DNA of 32,000 nucleotides, from NCBI GenBank assembly GCA_000432915.1, contig HF995227.1, positions 1 to 32,000 on the forward strand, read 5' to 3'. Of this stretch, positions 15,955-25,004 are shown piece after piece. This stretch comes from Firmicutes bacterium CAG:194 (lineage in GTDB: Bacteria > Bacillota > Clostridia > Lachnospirales > Lachnospiraceae). The stretch's first letter is position 1; each line of letters opens with the position of its first letter. Position numbers and translations under genes: made by a program. The notes under the pieces are model-generated. The model searched no databases and was not told the origin of the DNA. It was given only the letters and a program-made list of their open reading frames with translations.

Positions 15955-17610
15955 TCACAGAAATCTCCAATTGGGCAGCCATGGGATCACCTGTCTGATA
16001 TAGACTGTAGGCACAACAAGCCCCGATATGACAGGGTAAAAGACCACAAATAAAAGAACCGAAGCTGCAAGCAGTCCCCAGTAAGCTCTCTTTTCCTGCC
16101 CACCTTCTTTCTGGCTGACACTGTGGCAGAGCAGCAGAATGAGCACAACAGAGCAGACATAATACTGATAGATAAAAACCGTCCGTCTGATAAAGATCCA
16201 TGGAAGCAACATGACCGTATAATACAACACAAGCACTGCTGCATTTTTATCTTTATTACGGAACGTACGCCAGAGTTCTTTTCCATATGCATAAAGTCCT
16301 GCAAAATACAAGACCGGATTGCCAAAGGTTGCGATCACGCTGACCTTATCCCCCGCCAGATATTCCCTGCTGTCAAGCAGCGGTTTCCAGTCAAACAGCC
16401 AGCTATACCACGGTGAAGCATACGGATGATCAAAAATCGTAGCTTTGTGATAGGAAAGCATCAGCTCTCCATTGGAAAGTACATGCTGCAGCAGATTCTG
16501 ATCCGGATAGATGCGGACAAACGGAATATAAGACAGCGTATAAATTGTGAAAGGCAGAAGTATAAAACAGCCGATACACTGCAGGCAGAGCCAGGTCCAG
16601 TAACGCCTTGTTTCCTTCTTTACACCGATCTTTCTGATCTTTCCGATCATCCAGAGAAGAAAAACGACAAAAAGTCCACACAGCGCATAAATCCCCGTCC
16701 ACTTCGTTGCACAGCCAAGTCCCGTAAACAGACCGGCAAGCAGCAGATACCGCCGTTTTTCCGACGACACAAATGCATACATGAAATAGAACATACCAAG
16801 AATAAAAAACGCGACTATGATATCGATCGTGGCAATTCTGGAAAGTGTAAAATGCATAAAATCCGTTCCAAGCAGGACTGCTGCCAGACAGGCATATCTC
16901 GTTTTTCCTGTCAGACGCAGACCAAACAGATAGATAAATGGCATCATCAGGCTTCCGAAAACGACACACATAAACCGCCAGCCAAACGGATTCATACCAA
17001 AGACCGCAATTCCGACAGAGATCAGTGTCTTTCCAAGCGGCGGATGTGTATTTTCATAAATAGGCAGTCCATGCAGAAATTCGTAGGCAGTTCTGCCATG
17101 ATAAATCTCATCAAAGATCGTCTGATCCTGATAGGTAATACCATCCTCATAAAGCTCCTGTTCATCAAAAAGTGCCGGATATTGCATGGCATTCACCGGT
17201 AAAACAGGCTCTCCATTCTCATCTAAGCAGACCAGCTCCATTAAATTCACCGAAGCATCCGAAAATACCAGCCCCAGACAGGTTGTCCGATACGAAACAG
17301 GGATTTCATTCCATGCGAACACGGAATCCAGTTCTTCCCCGCTTTGTACGATCTGCCAGTCAGCTCCTGCTGCAACAGACACCGTCACTTCCCCCGCTGC
17401 CCGATATCCGATAAACAGCAGAAGATCCGAAAGCTGCTGCCCTTCTTCAAAGTAAAGCACTACCTCCTTTGCGCCGTCCCCGCGCGCCGAAAGCTCCTGC
17501 TCCGTCTGCGGAATGCTGTGGCTTCCAAGCCCCCAAAGTGCAATACAGAAAAAGCCGATTGTGAAAAGACATACCAATATGACATCTTTTCTGCGGATTT
17601 CCATTTTCAT
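15955..17610 (-). CDS. GT-C fold membrane glycosyltransferase, family 39 (protein O-mannosyltransferase/PMT-like)
   Basis: Loop-1 acidic motif FDEIYHGRTAYEF, HPPLGK, and many TM helices. After the first TM helix there is an extra non-hydrophobic segment of about 130 aa before the PMT core. Confidence 0.8.
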   Translation of the reverse strand: MKMEIRRKDVILVCLFTIGFFCIALWGLGSHSIPQTEQELSARGDGAKEVVLYFEEGQQLSDLLLFIGYRAAGEVTVSVAAGADWQIVQSGEELDSVFAWNEIPVSYRTTCLGLVFSDASVNLMELVCLDENGEPVLPVNAMQYPALFDEQELYEDGITYQDQTIFDEIYHGRTAYEFLHGLPIYENTHPPLGKTLISVGIAVFGMNPFGWRFMCVVFGSLMMPFIYLFGLRLTGKTRYACLAAVLLGTDFMHFTLSRIATIDIIVAFFILGMFYFMYAFVSSEKRRYLLLAGLFTGLGCATKWTGIYALCGLFVVFLLWMIGKIRKIGVKKETRRYWTWLCLQCIGCFILLPFTIYTLSYIPFVRIYPDQNLLQHVLSNGELMLSYHKATIFDHPYASPWYSWLFDWKPLLDSREYLAGDKVSVIATFGNPVLYFAGLYAYGKELWRTFRNKDKNAAVLVLYYTVMLLPWIFIRRTVFIYQYYVCSVVLILLLCHSVSQKEGGQEKRAYWGLLAASVLLFVVFYPVISGLVVPTVYIRQVIPWLPNWRFL

Positions 17611-17637
17611 TCCGGTCTATTCTCCCTTCCTGTCCCT

Positions 17638-17716
17638 TTTATAGCATGATACCGTGGTCAAAAGTTCCCGGCTTTGATGCCTGCGGATTGTTCTGTGCTA
17701 CGCACTCCCACAATCC
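17638..17716. repeat. Structured intergenic repeat, family 2, copy 1
   Basis: The core TTTGATGCCTGCGGATTGTTCTGTGC (17673-17698) is 23/26 identical to 30952-30977. It has the hairpin GGATTG...CAATCC with an inner stem GTGC-TAC-GCAC. Confidence 0.8.
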
Positions 17717-17801
17717 TCATCATAGCGTAAGTATATCAAAAATATTTGCGCTTTGACAGCACTTTCCGTTCATGATACAGTTTTTAAGGAGGGTTCTTCT
17801 G

Positions 17802-19160
17802 ATGAATATACACAAAACAGGGTCAAAATCGAATATAAAGGCTTTCTTTTCTCCCCGCATGATCTGTATGCTGCTCCTGCTTCTTGGCGCAGCTGCACGC
17901 TTTTTCTATGCTTATGCAGTTCCTTACTATAATACGAACCACGATCTCGGTGATCTGTCTGACTGGCAGTCCATTACCTATGGACATCTTGGCTACATCC
18001 AGTATTTATACCAATATCACCATCTGCCGGATTTTTCACCGGAATTTATGGGACAATATTACCATCCACCGCTATTTTACATAGTTGGTGCCATTATTTT
18101 GCAGCTTTTTTACCATGGTACAGATAATCTTAATCTGATAAATGCCTTTGAAATGCTGCAATATGTCAATATGGTATTTTCCGTGCTGATCTCCGTTTTT
18201 CTATATCGTATCCTGAAGCAGCTTAAAATTTCAGAAAAGCTGCTCTGTTGTCTGACCGCCCTTGTATCCTTTTTTCCGACCTTATTTTTTCTGGGTGCGC
18301 AGCTGAACAACGACTGTCTGATGACGCTTTTTTGTGTCATGGCTCTTTTTTACACGCTGCGTTGGCATTCTGATCCCAATACCGGAAACATCATGAAAAT
18401 TGCTGCTGCTATCATTTTTGCCACCTTGTCCAAAACATCGGGCGTCCTTATTGCGCCCGGTGTCGGTGCTGTCTTTCTGTACCATTTGATTAAAACAAAG
18501 GATAGAAAAGCGCTGCTTAAACAATATATCTTGTTTGCCGTGATCTGCATTCCGCTTTCCCTTTCCTGGGTACTCCGGAACCTGATTCTGTATGGTCTGC
18601 CATTTTCTTATGTCGTAGATGCAACAGGCTATGCCACCTGGCAGAATGTGGAAGGCTATGGCTTTGCCTACCGCATGGGCTTTCCCACACTCCGCATTTT
18701 TACAGCACATACGATCGACTGGTGGGATCTTTCAAACAGTGCCAATATCTGGGGACAGACGATCCTGACGCTGCTTTATGACGAAGGGATCCTTGTATTC
18801 CGCACTTCTTTCTGGGAAATGCTTGCGCCTGTTTTCACACTGCTTGGCTTTGCCCTGTCCCTGATCCTGTTTTGCACAAGTACCTCTTACTGCTTTTCCA
18901 AAGCAGGAGATCCTGCCATCAGACTTCTGATCGGTGTCGGAAATGGTGCCCTGTTGATCAGTTATATCATCTTCTGCTTCCGTTATCCGCTCATCTGTAC
19001 CATGAACGCACGTTACCTATTCAGCGGCTATGCTCTTTTGTTTCCGGGCTATGCTCTGTGGCGGATGCAACATCCCGGCAGAAAATACATACTGTTTGAA
19101 CTGCTGTTTCTGTTTTTTAGTATTCTGTCCCTATTACTTTATCTGTTCTGTCCGGTATAG
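17802..19160 (+). CDS. GT-C fold membrane glycosyltransferase (PMT_2/ArnT-like, family 39/83)
   Basis: Polytopic membrane protein with YYHPPLFY and a Dxx-type first loop. I prefer the ATG at 17802 (AAGGAGGG 8 nt upstream) over the ORF-track start at 17772. A possible TTGACA-17-TACAGT promoter is at 17753-17781. Confidence 0.75.
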   Translation: MNIHKTGSKSNIKAFFSPRMICMLLLLLGAAARFFYAYAVPYYNTNHDLGDLSDWQSITYGHLGYIQYLYQYHHLPDFSPEFMGQYYHPPLFYIVGAIILQLFYHGTDNLNLINAFEMLQYVNMVFSVLISVFLYRILKQLKISEKLLCCLTALVSFFPTLFFLGAQLNNDCLMTLFCVMALFYTLRWHSDPNTGNIMKIAAAIIFATLSKTSGVLIAPGVGAVFLYHLIKTKDRKALLKQYILFAVICIPLSLSWVLRNLILYGLPFSYVVDATGYATWQNVEGYGFAYRMGFPTLRIFTAHTIDWWDLSNSANIWGQTILTLLYDEGILVFRTSFWEMLAPVFTLLGFALSLILFCTSTSYCFSKAGDPAIRLLIGVGNGALLISYIIFCFRYPLICTMNARYLFSGYALLFPGYALWRMQHPGRKYILFELLFLFFSILSLLLYLFCPV

Positions 19161-19326
19161 CAATACAGATCCTTATTCACATATTCCGGCTTTGGACTTC
19201 CACCCGGACTCATACCACAGATCTCTGTTTCCACACATTTTCTGCAATCCTGCAGGCTTCGTTCATCCCTCATATCTGCAGACAGATCTGCATAAGATGA
19301 AATAACATTTCCTGCAGGAGCTTTTC

Positions 19327-21111
19327 ATGTATCCCAAGAAAAAACTACGTTCTTCCCTGTTTTTAACCGCTCTGACCTTCGCCTTTCTGTTTTCCCTGTA
19401 TCTTATCCAAAAAAATTCCCCTGAGGAGAAATTTGCCCGTTTTTCGGACAGCTACCTCCAAAGTGCTTATGAAAATGACAGTCTGAGCCTTCATTTCACC
19501 CTGACAGATCCTTCCACATTCGGGATCGATCCGGCTGTCTGCAGCCTGCCCTGCTACGACCGGGAAACCTATCTTGCCGAAGGTGAAACTCTGCAAAAGC
19601 TCCGCCGGACACTTTCCGGTATATCACCTGCACACCTGCCTGTCCATACACAGGAAACCTATGAAATCCTGACTTCCTATCTCGAAAAAAGGCAGGAAGG
19701 TACAAAATTTCCCTATTTTGAGGAACCACTCAGTCCGACCAGTGGGATACACACCTCTCTTCCTGTTCTGCTGGCAGAATACAGCATGGAAAATGAGAAA
19801 GATGTCAAATCCTATCTGGCGCTTCTGTCGCTGATCCCTTCTTATTTTGACAGTCTTGCCGCTTATGAAACGGATAAAGCCGCTGCTGGCATGTTTATGG
19901 CTTCCGAAGACGCTTCCATGGTCATTTCCCAATGTGATTTTATGGCATCTGAGAAAGGAGAAGCCCTTTTTACAGACTGTTTTTTGCAAAACCTGAAGCA
20001 GGTCTATGAGAAAGATACTGAAAAATATGCTTACTACGCTTCCGACCATGCCCGCATCCTGCATACACTTGTTCAGCCGGCTTATGAAAAGCTGGGGGAT
20101 TCTCTGTTGCTGCTAAAGGAAGAGGGAAAAGAGCAGCGCGGACTCTGTCAGTACAAAAACGGTAAAGCCTATTACACCTATCTGGTGCAGCAGCAGATCG
20201 GCTGTGATCTGACAACCGAGGAACTTGCAAATCAGCTTTCCGAAAGACTGCAGACGCTTTACGCGGAGCTTGCGGCGTATCGGCAGAAATATCCGATAGA
20301 CACTCTGTCTGATCTCTCCGATGCCTCTGCTAAGCTGCCTGCTCCAGATACCTACTTATCCACCTTGCAGGAGCAGATGTCGGCTCTTTTTCCACCACTT
20401 CCGGCTTCTTCCCCCGTTACGGTAAAAGAGATCCCCACAGCACTTGCTCCGTATACGGCGCCAGCCTACTATTTTACACCGCGTCTTTCCCTTTGCAGAC
20501 CGGGCGAGATCAGCAACGTCAATAATGTGATCTATGTCAATCCCGAAACCGATTATCTGACAATGTACACTACCTTGGCGCATGAGGGATTTCCCGGCCA
20601 TATGTTCCAGAATGTCTATTTTCTTTCCTCGCAGGGGGTTACGCGGGAAAATATCCTGCGCTATGTCATGAATTTCCCGGGCTACAGCGAGGGCTGGGCA
20701 ATGTACGTAGAGCTTTTGTCCTTCGATCACGCCTATGAAAAGGAAGAGCAGAAGGCATATTCCCATATGCTCCGGCTTTCCCGCGAGATCCAGATCTGTC
20801 TGCTCTGCTATCTGGATATCCGGATTCATGCAGAATCCGCCTGCCTTCCCGATATTGCCCCTTATCTGGCAAAGATCGGTATTACAGAGCCACAGGAACT
20901 TGCAAATGTTTACACTTACCTCATCAACGAACCGGGCACCTATTTAAAATACTACGGCGGCTATTTACAGCTTCTTGCCTGCAAAGAGCTGTATCAAAAA
21001 AAATGCGAGAAAGAGCAGATTCCCTACTCAGATCTCGCATTCCACACCTTCTTCCTGTCACATGGTCCTGACAGCTATACACGTCTTTCCTCGATCATAC
21101 TGTCCAGATAA
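19327..21111 (+). CDS. DUF885-family protein (metallopeptidase-like fold), signal-anchored
   Basis: N-terminal hydrophobic anchor. DUF885-type motif HEGFPGHMFQ ... EGWAMYVE. SD AGGAG 6 nt upstream. Confidence 0.75.
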   Translation: MYPKKKLRSSLFLTALTFAFLFSLYLIQKNSPEEKFARFSDSYLQSAYENDSLSLHFTLTDPSTFGIDPAVCSLPCYDRETYLAEGETLQKLRRTLSGISPAHLPVHTQETYEILTSYLEKRQEGTKFPYFEEPLSPTSGIHTSLPVLLAEYSMENEKDVKSYLALLSLIPSYFDSLAAYETDKAAAGMFMASEDASMVISQCDFMASEKGEALFTDCFLQNLKQVYEKDTEKYAYYASDHARILHTLVQPAYEKLGDSLLLLKEEGKEQRGLCQYKNGKAYYTYLVQQQIGCDLTTEELANQLSERLQTLYAELAAYRQKYPIDTLSDLSDASAKLPAPDTYLSTLQEQMSALFPPLPASSPVTVKEIPTALAPYTAPAYYFTPRLSLCRPGEISNVNNVIYVNPETDYLTMYTTLAHEGFPGHMFQNVYFLSSQGVTRENILRYVMNFPGYSEGWAMYVELLSFDHAYEKEEQKAYSHMLRLSREIQICLLCYLDIRIHAESACLPDIAPYLAKIGITEPQELANVYTYLINEPGTYLKYYGGYLQLLACKELYQKKCEKEQIPYSDLAFHTFFLSHGPDSYTRLSSIILSR

Positions 21112-21554
21112 CCTCTGTCCCAGAGAAGGATCTTCAGCTTTTTGGCTGCTGCGACCGCAGGAGCGGTAAAATACTGGTTCGTCAGAACCGCTCCTACCAT
21201 GCGGTCATAATATTCCCTGCCCGCAAACGCTTCCTGCACTGCCTTCACGCCGACCGGATCCGCATATCGCTTACACTGGATGGCATAAGTCACGCCATCC
21301 TTTTCTGCCAGAATATCCACTCCAAAATCACCGCTTGCTTTGGTAAGATTCACATCAATAAACCCTCTGTTTCGCAGAAGCTCTGCGCAATACTGCTCGA
21401 ATTCCACGCCCTCCATTTCATCTAAGGGCGTTTCCTTTTTACGCAGGATCTGCCAGAGTATCCATATAAACAATACTGCTGCCACAATGGCGGCAATGAC
21501 GATTCCCAGTATCTGTATAGTTTCTGCCTGCATTCCTGTTTCCTCATCCTTCAT
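21075..21554 (-). CDS. Membrane-anchored restriction-endonuclease-fold protein (Mrr_cat domain)
   Basis: One N-terminal TM helix (ILGIVIAAIVAAVLFIWILW) followed by FEQYCAELLRNRGF...GDFGVDILAEKDGVTYAIQCKRY (a D...(D/E)xK-type Mrr core). Its 3' end overlaps the convergent DUF885 gene by 37 nt. Confidence 0.75.
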   Translation of the reverse strand: MKDEETGMQAETIQILGIVIAAIVAAVLFIWILWQILRKKETPLDEMEGVEFEQYCAELLRNRGFIDVNLTKASGDFGVDILAEKDGVTYAIQCKRYADPVGVKAVQEAFAGREYYDRMVGAVLTNQYFTAPAVAAAKKLKILLWDRGYLDSMIEERRV

Positions 21555-21663
21555 TTTATCTGATAAATTAATCCCTGATCCGCTGCTTCTCCGTTTCCTT
21601 CCAACTACTCAGAAAATATTTGTAAAATTGCCTTTTTAAGACCTTTCCGGATATACGCCCGTC

Positions 21664-21692
21664 TTTACAAATAAATATATTTGTACTAAAAT
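21664..21692 (+). promoter_or_regulatory. Candidate sigma-A promoter for the AEC transporter gene
   Basis: TTTACA (21664-21669) - 17 nt - TAAAAT (21687-21692), about 95 nt upstream of the ATG at 21787. Confidence 0.5.
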
Positions 21693-21786
21693 CGCATAGG
21701 TACATTCAATGCTTATTATACCTTATTTTATATACACTTGTAACCGTCCGGGAGTAAAATCCTCCACACAAAAACAGGAGTTTGTC

Positions 21787-22734
21787 ATGGAAAATTTAAT
21801 CTTCAGTTTAAATGTAACATTACCAATCTTTTTAACGATCGTCATAGGCTATGTGCTCAAGCAGATCCATATGCTGAATGACAGTTTCGTGACTGTCGCC
21901 AATAAATTCAACTTTAAAGTAACATTACCCGCGCTTCTGTTTCTGGATCTTTATCAGGCAGACTTTTTCAGTGTCTGGGACACAGGCTATGTTCTGTATT
22001 GCTTTTTTGCCACTTTAATCTGCTTTACCGTTATTATGACCGGTGCATCTCTTTTCCTGAAAGATAAAGACATTATCGGCGAATTTGTACAAGGCAGCTA
22101 TCGTGGCAGTGCTGCTGTCCTCGGACTGGCCTTTATCCAGAATATCTATGGCAAAGCAACGATCGCACCACTCATGATCATCGGGAGTGTGCCACTTTAC
22201 AATATCCTTGCTGTCCTGATCCTGTCCTTTACAGGTCCGGGTGAACACAAGCTCGATAAAAAAGGACTTGTCAAATCCCTCAAAGGAATTGCGACAAATC
22301 CTATTATTTTAGGTATTCTGTTTGGTCTGCTGGCTTCTGTTTCCCAGATCAAGCTGCCATTCCTTGTGACAAAAACAATGTCCAACCTGTCTGTCATGGC
22401 AACACCGCTTGCCTTGATCGCACTTGGTGCGGGCTTTGAGGTCAAAGCAGCCTGCGGACGGATCAAACCTGCTCTTACAGCCTCTTTTATCCGTCTCTTT
22501 GTGCAGTGTGCAGTCTTTCTGCCGGTCGCTGCCCATTTCTCCTTTACAGGCGAAAAGATGGTATCCCTGCTCATCATGCTCGGTGCTCCGACAACGCCAA
22601 GCTGCTATATCATGGCAAAAAATATGGGTCATGAAGGTGTTCTGACATCCAGCGTGATCGTCCTGACAACGCTGCTCAGCTCCGTTTCCCTGACCTTCTG
22701 GCTGTTTATCCTGAAAACGATGGGGCTGATCTAG
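21787..22734 (+). CDS. AEC-family (auxin efflux carrier) transporter
   Basis: About 10 TM helices. Typical N-terminus MENLIFSLNVTLPIFLTIVIGY. I prefer the ATG at 21787 (AGGAG upstream) over the ORF-track start at 21709. Confidence 0.8.
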   Translation: MENLIFSLNVTLPIFLTIVIGYVLKQIHMLNDSFVTVANKFNFKVTLPALLFLDLYQADFFSVWDTGYVLYCFFATLICFTVIMTGASLFLKDKDIIGEFVQGSYRGSAAVLGLAFIQNIYGKATIAPLMIIGSVPLYNILAVLILSFTGPGEHKLDKKGLVKSLKGIATNPIILGILFGLLASVSQIKLPFLVTKTMSNLSVMATPLALIALGAGFEVKAACGRIKPALTASFIRLFVQCAVFLPVAAHFSFTGEKMVSLLIMLGAPTTPSCYIMAKNMGHEGVLTSSVIVLTTLLSSVSLTFWLFILKTMGLI

Positions 22735-22741
22735 TCCGTTT

Positions 22742-23548
22742 TTATGCCTTTTCAAATACCAGTATTTTCTGTGACATTTTCCTCATGACAGGAAGCCAAG
22801 TCACCAGCTTAAATGCCGGATTTAACACCCACATACCACGCAGGATGTTGTCATTCTTTACCTTGCAAAAGCCTTTTGCCACATCTCCCAGCTCCTCAAA
22901 GCTGTTTGCGCCCCAGGTAAAGACCGCACCTGTGGACTGGATAGATTTTTCCACCTTCTCTTTATTCACAAATTTTGGACACAGACATTCCATGATCACA
23001 TAGGCATTATCAAAGTTATCCCGGATGATCACAAGCATCTGCGCTACCTGCTCCTTTGTCAGATACATGGTCAGACCTTCTATGATAAAGAGCATTTTTC
23101 CTCTTTTTATTACCTGCTTTGGCCATGCAGGATCAAAGCAGGAACAACCAATCGTTGAAACACGGCCTTTCTCTCTGTATACAGAGTCACGCACCTGTAT
23201 TGTTTCAGGCAGATCCAGATTGTACCAGGTGATCCTGCCATTATCCATCCGGTAAAAACGGGTATCCAGACCACAGGCAATGTTTACAACTGTGCAGTCA
23301 GGATTTTTTTGAATAAAATCAGATACAAGCTCATCCAACACTGCAGTTCTGGCGATAACACCACCGCTCATTGTCTGATCCTTTCCCGCTTTGGAAAAAT
23401 CATAGTCAAGCTTCGCTACGATCTCCTCTGCCTTTGCATCTTTGAAACGGTGCTTTGGATTTTTGCTGTACATTGCTCTTGCATAAAAGCTTTGCAGCAT
23501 AGTCTCCGCTGCTCCGTTTAATACCGGTTTAATCTTTTCTTCCTGCAT
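22742..23548 (-). CDS. Class I SAM-dependent methyltransferase (LCM/TcmP-like O-methyltransferase family)
   Basis: VVNIACGLDTR SAM-binding motif and a family-typical N-terminus (TMLQSFYARA). SD GAGGAG. Confidence 0.75.
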   Translation of the reverse strand: MQEEKIKPVLNGAAETMLQSFYARAMYSKNPKHRFKDAKAEEIVAKLDYDFSKAGKDQTMSGGVIARTAVLDELVSDFIQKNPDCTVVNIACGLDTRFYRMDNGRITWYNLDLPETIQVRDSVYREKGRVSTIGCSCFDPAWPKQVIKRGKMLFIIEGLTMYLTKEQVAQMLVIIRDNFDNAYVIMECLCPKFVNKEKVEKSIQSTGAVFTWGANSFEELGDVAKGFCKVKNDNILRGMWVLNPAFKLVTWLPVMRKMSQKILVFEKA

Positions 23549-23690
23549 TTTCTTTTCTCCTCTTTGAACAGTCTTACTTATGTTAGTTTATTCTAACCCT
23601 TATGCATGGATTTTGTCGACTGTTATTTTTATAATCTTTTTTTCCTCATCATAACAGAGACGAGATGCGTGCATTTTCCTCGTCACCATA

Positions 23691-23730
23691 ACAAAAAATC
23701 TGTATCCTTCAAAAATGAAAGATACAGATT
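23691..23730 (-). terminator. Rho-independent terminator of the DHH phosphoesterase gene
   Basis: Stem AATCTGTATC/GATACAGATT (23697-23706 / 23721-23730), followed on the minus strand by a T-run (TTTTGT; TTTTTT if the stem-terminal TT is counted). It lies 18 nt after the stop. Confidence 0.8.
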
Positions 23731-23747
23731 CTTCAATCCGCATTCTG

Positions 23748-24668
23748 TTATTTATTGCTCATTTCGCAAAGCTCGGCGAGCATCTTCGGAAGCTCTGTTT
23801 CCATTGTCTCATCCGTAAACTGACAGGTTCCGACTGCTTTATGTCCGCCGCCGTTGTATTTCAGCATCAGGCTTCCGACATTGACATCGGAGGTTCTGTT
23901 TAAAATGCTGTAACCAACTGCTGCACTGCAGCCATGTCCGCCCTTACCGTTTACGATCCATGCAGAAATATTCTGCTCCGGATACATGGAATAGATCATG
24001 AAACGATTACCGGAGTAGATCGGATCTACCCCACGCAGATCGGAAATAATGACCTTTCCGTCTACTTTTGTATGCGCCTTGACCATTTCTTTGAACTTTT
24101 CTGTCTGCTCAAAGTATACTTCGATACGTTCCTTCACATCCGGCAGATTTAAGATCTCGTCCGTTGTCATGGTACGACAGGCATCGATCAGTTTTTCCAT
24201 CAGCTGATAGTTACTGATCGTGAAATCTCTCCAGCGTCCAAGTCCTGTACGTGGATCCATTAAGAAACCAATGAGTACCCAGCCCTTTGGATTCTGTACA
24301 TCATCGATTGTCAGATTACCGCTGTCTACCTTATCAACAGCTTCCATCATATCGTCAAACTGCGGGAATTTTTCTTTTCCGCCGTAATATTCATAAATAA
24401 TACGTGCACAGGAAGGTGTCACACGGCTTTCGCCTTTATATTTACCCTCGAGCTGCATTCTCTCATGTTCACTGGAATGATGGTCGAACCAAAGACCGCA
24501 GCCTTCTACAAATGGCACATTGGCAAGACAGTCATCCTCTGTTACCTCTACAAGTCCATCCTGCAGATCCTTTGGATGCGCGAATTTCCAATGATCGATA
24601 ATCCCTGCTTCCTTTAAAAGTGCACCACATGCAAGTCCATCAAAATCTGAACGTGTAATCAGTCTCAT
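23748..24668 (-). CDS. DHH/DHHA1-family phosphoesterase (NrnB/COG2404-like)
   Basis: SDFDGLACG, WFDHH and a C-terminal GGGH motif. I prefer the ATG at 24668 (MRLITRSDFDG, AAGGAG upstream) over the ORF-track start at 24731. Confidence 0.8.
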   Translation of the reverse strand: MRLITRSDFDGLACGALLKEAGIIDHWKFAHPKDLQDGLVEVTEDDCLANVPFVEGCGLWFDHHSSEHERMQLEGKYKGESRVTPSCARIIYEYYGGKEKFPQFDDMMEAVDKVDSGNLTIDDVQNPKGWVLIGFLMDPRTGLGRWRDFTISNYQLMEKLIDACRTMTTDEILNLPDVKERIEVYFEQTEKFKEMVKAHTKVDGKVIISDLRGVDPIYSGNRFMIYSMYPEQNISAWIVNGKGGHGCSAAVGYSILNRTSDVNVGSLMLKYNGGGHKAVGTCQFTDETMETELPKMLAELCEMSNK

Positions 24669-24772
24669 TTTGCTATTCTCCTTTTCTTTCATCACGATAC
24701 CTATTTGGAACTTCATCTTCTGTATCTCCAAATGAAACAGCTGTAAGTTCCCAGATAACCCCTGTATAAAAG

Positions 24773-24801
24773 ATTATAGATGATGAAGCAAAGTTTTTCA
24801 A
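24773..24801 (-). promoter_or_regulatory. Strong sigma-A-type promoter for the DHH phosphoesterase gene
   Basis: Minus strand TTGAAA (24796-24801) - 17 nt - TATAAT (24773-24778), about 100 nt upstream of the start codon. Confidence 0.6.
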
Positions 24802-24932
24802 CATTCCATGCAGAATTTACGCTAAAAGTACCTGACACCGTAAGTAGATTTATCGCTCGTTTACCCGGCGGCGAGATCGAAACGCTCTTTTTCGACCAGA
24901 GCTGGGTAAAATACGAGCAAGATATACGTGAA

Positions 24933-25004
24933 CCACCACACATATAAAATCGGCTTCGCCGATGTGTGGTGGCTGCATAATGAATTTGTTATACAAATTC
25001 ATTA
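24933..25004. other. Two adjacent perfect hairpins in the long DHH/spmA intergenic region
   Basis: Hairpin 1 has an 11-bp stem CCACCACACAT/ATGTGTGGTGG (24933-24943 / 24962-24972) enclosing CGGC-TTC-GCCG, which reads as a GAA loop on the minus strand. Hairpin 2 has a 12-bp stem TAATGAATTTGT/ACAAATTCATTA (24978-24989 / 24993-25004). Confidence 0.85.

Noticed and set aside
16426-17202. 258-aa plus-strand ORF, along with other antisense ORFs inside the GT39 gene
   Set aside because: It is antisense to a polytopic membrane-protein gene with clear family motifs. The translation is Lys/Arg/Gln-rich and has no recognisable domain.
17753-17781. TTGACA-17-TACAGT promoter for the second glycosyltransferase
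   Set aside because: It is a good hexamer match. However, the predicted transcription start would fall within or right at the SD of the preferred start codon (17802). It is not listed as a feature; it is mentioned only in the evidence for that CDS.
19249-19318. Two copies of the 8-bp palindrome CCTGCAGG, at 19249-19256 and 19311-19318, upstream of the DUF885 gene. The second overlaps its SD.
   Set aside because: It could be an operator pair or an SD-sequestering stem. However, an 8-mer occurring twice, with CTGCA(G/T) scattered nearby, cannot be distinguished from chance without comparative data.
24713-24943. 76-aa minus-strand ORF upstream of the DHH gene
   Set aside because: It is Cys/Ser/Tyr-rich with no SD. 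It spans the TTGAAA-17-TATAAT promoter of the DHH gene, so most of it would lie upstream of the transcription start.
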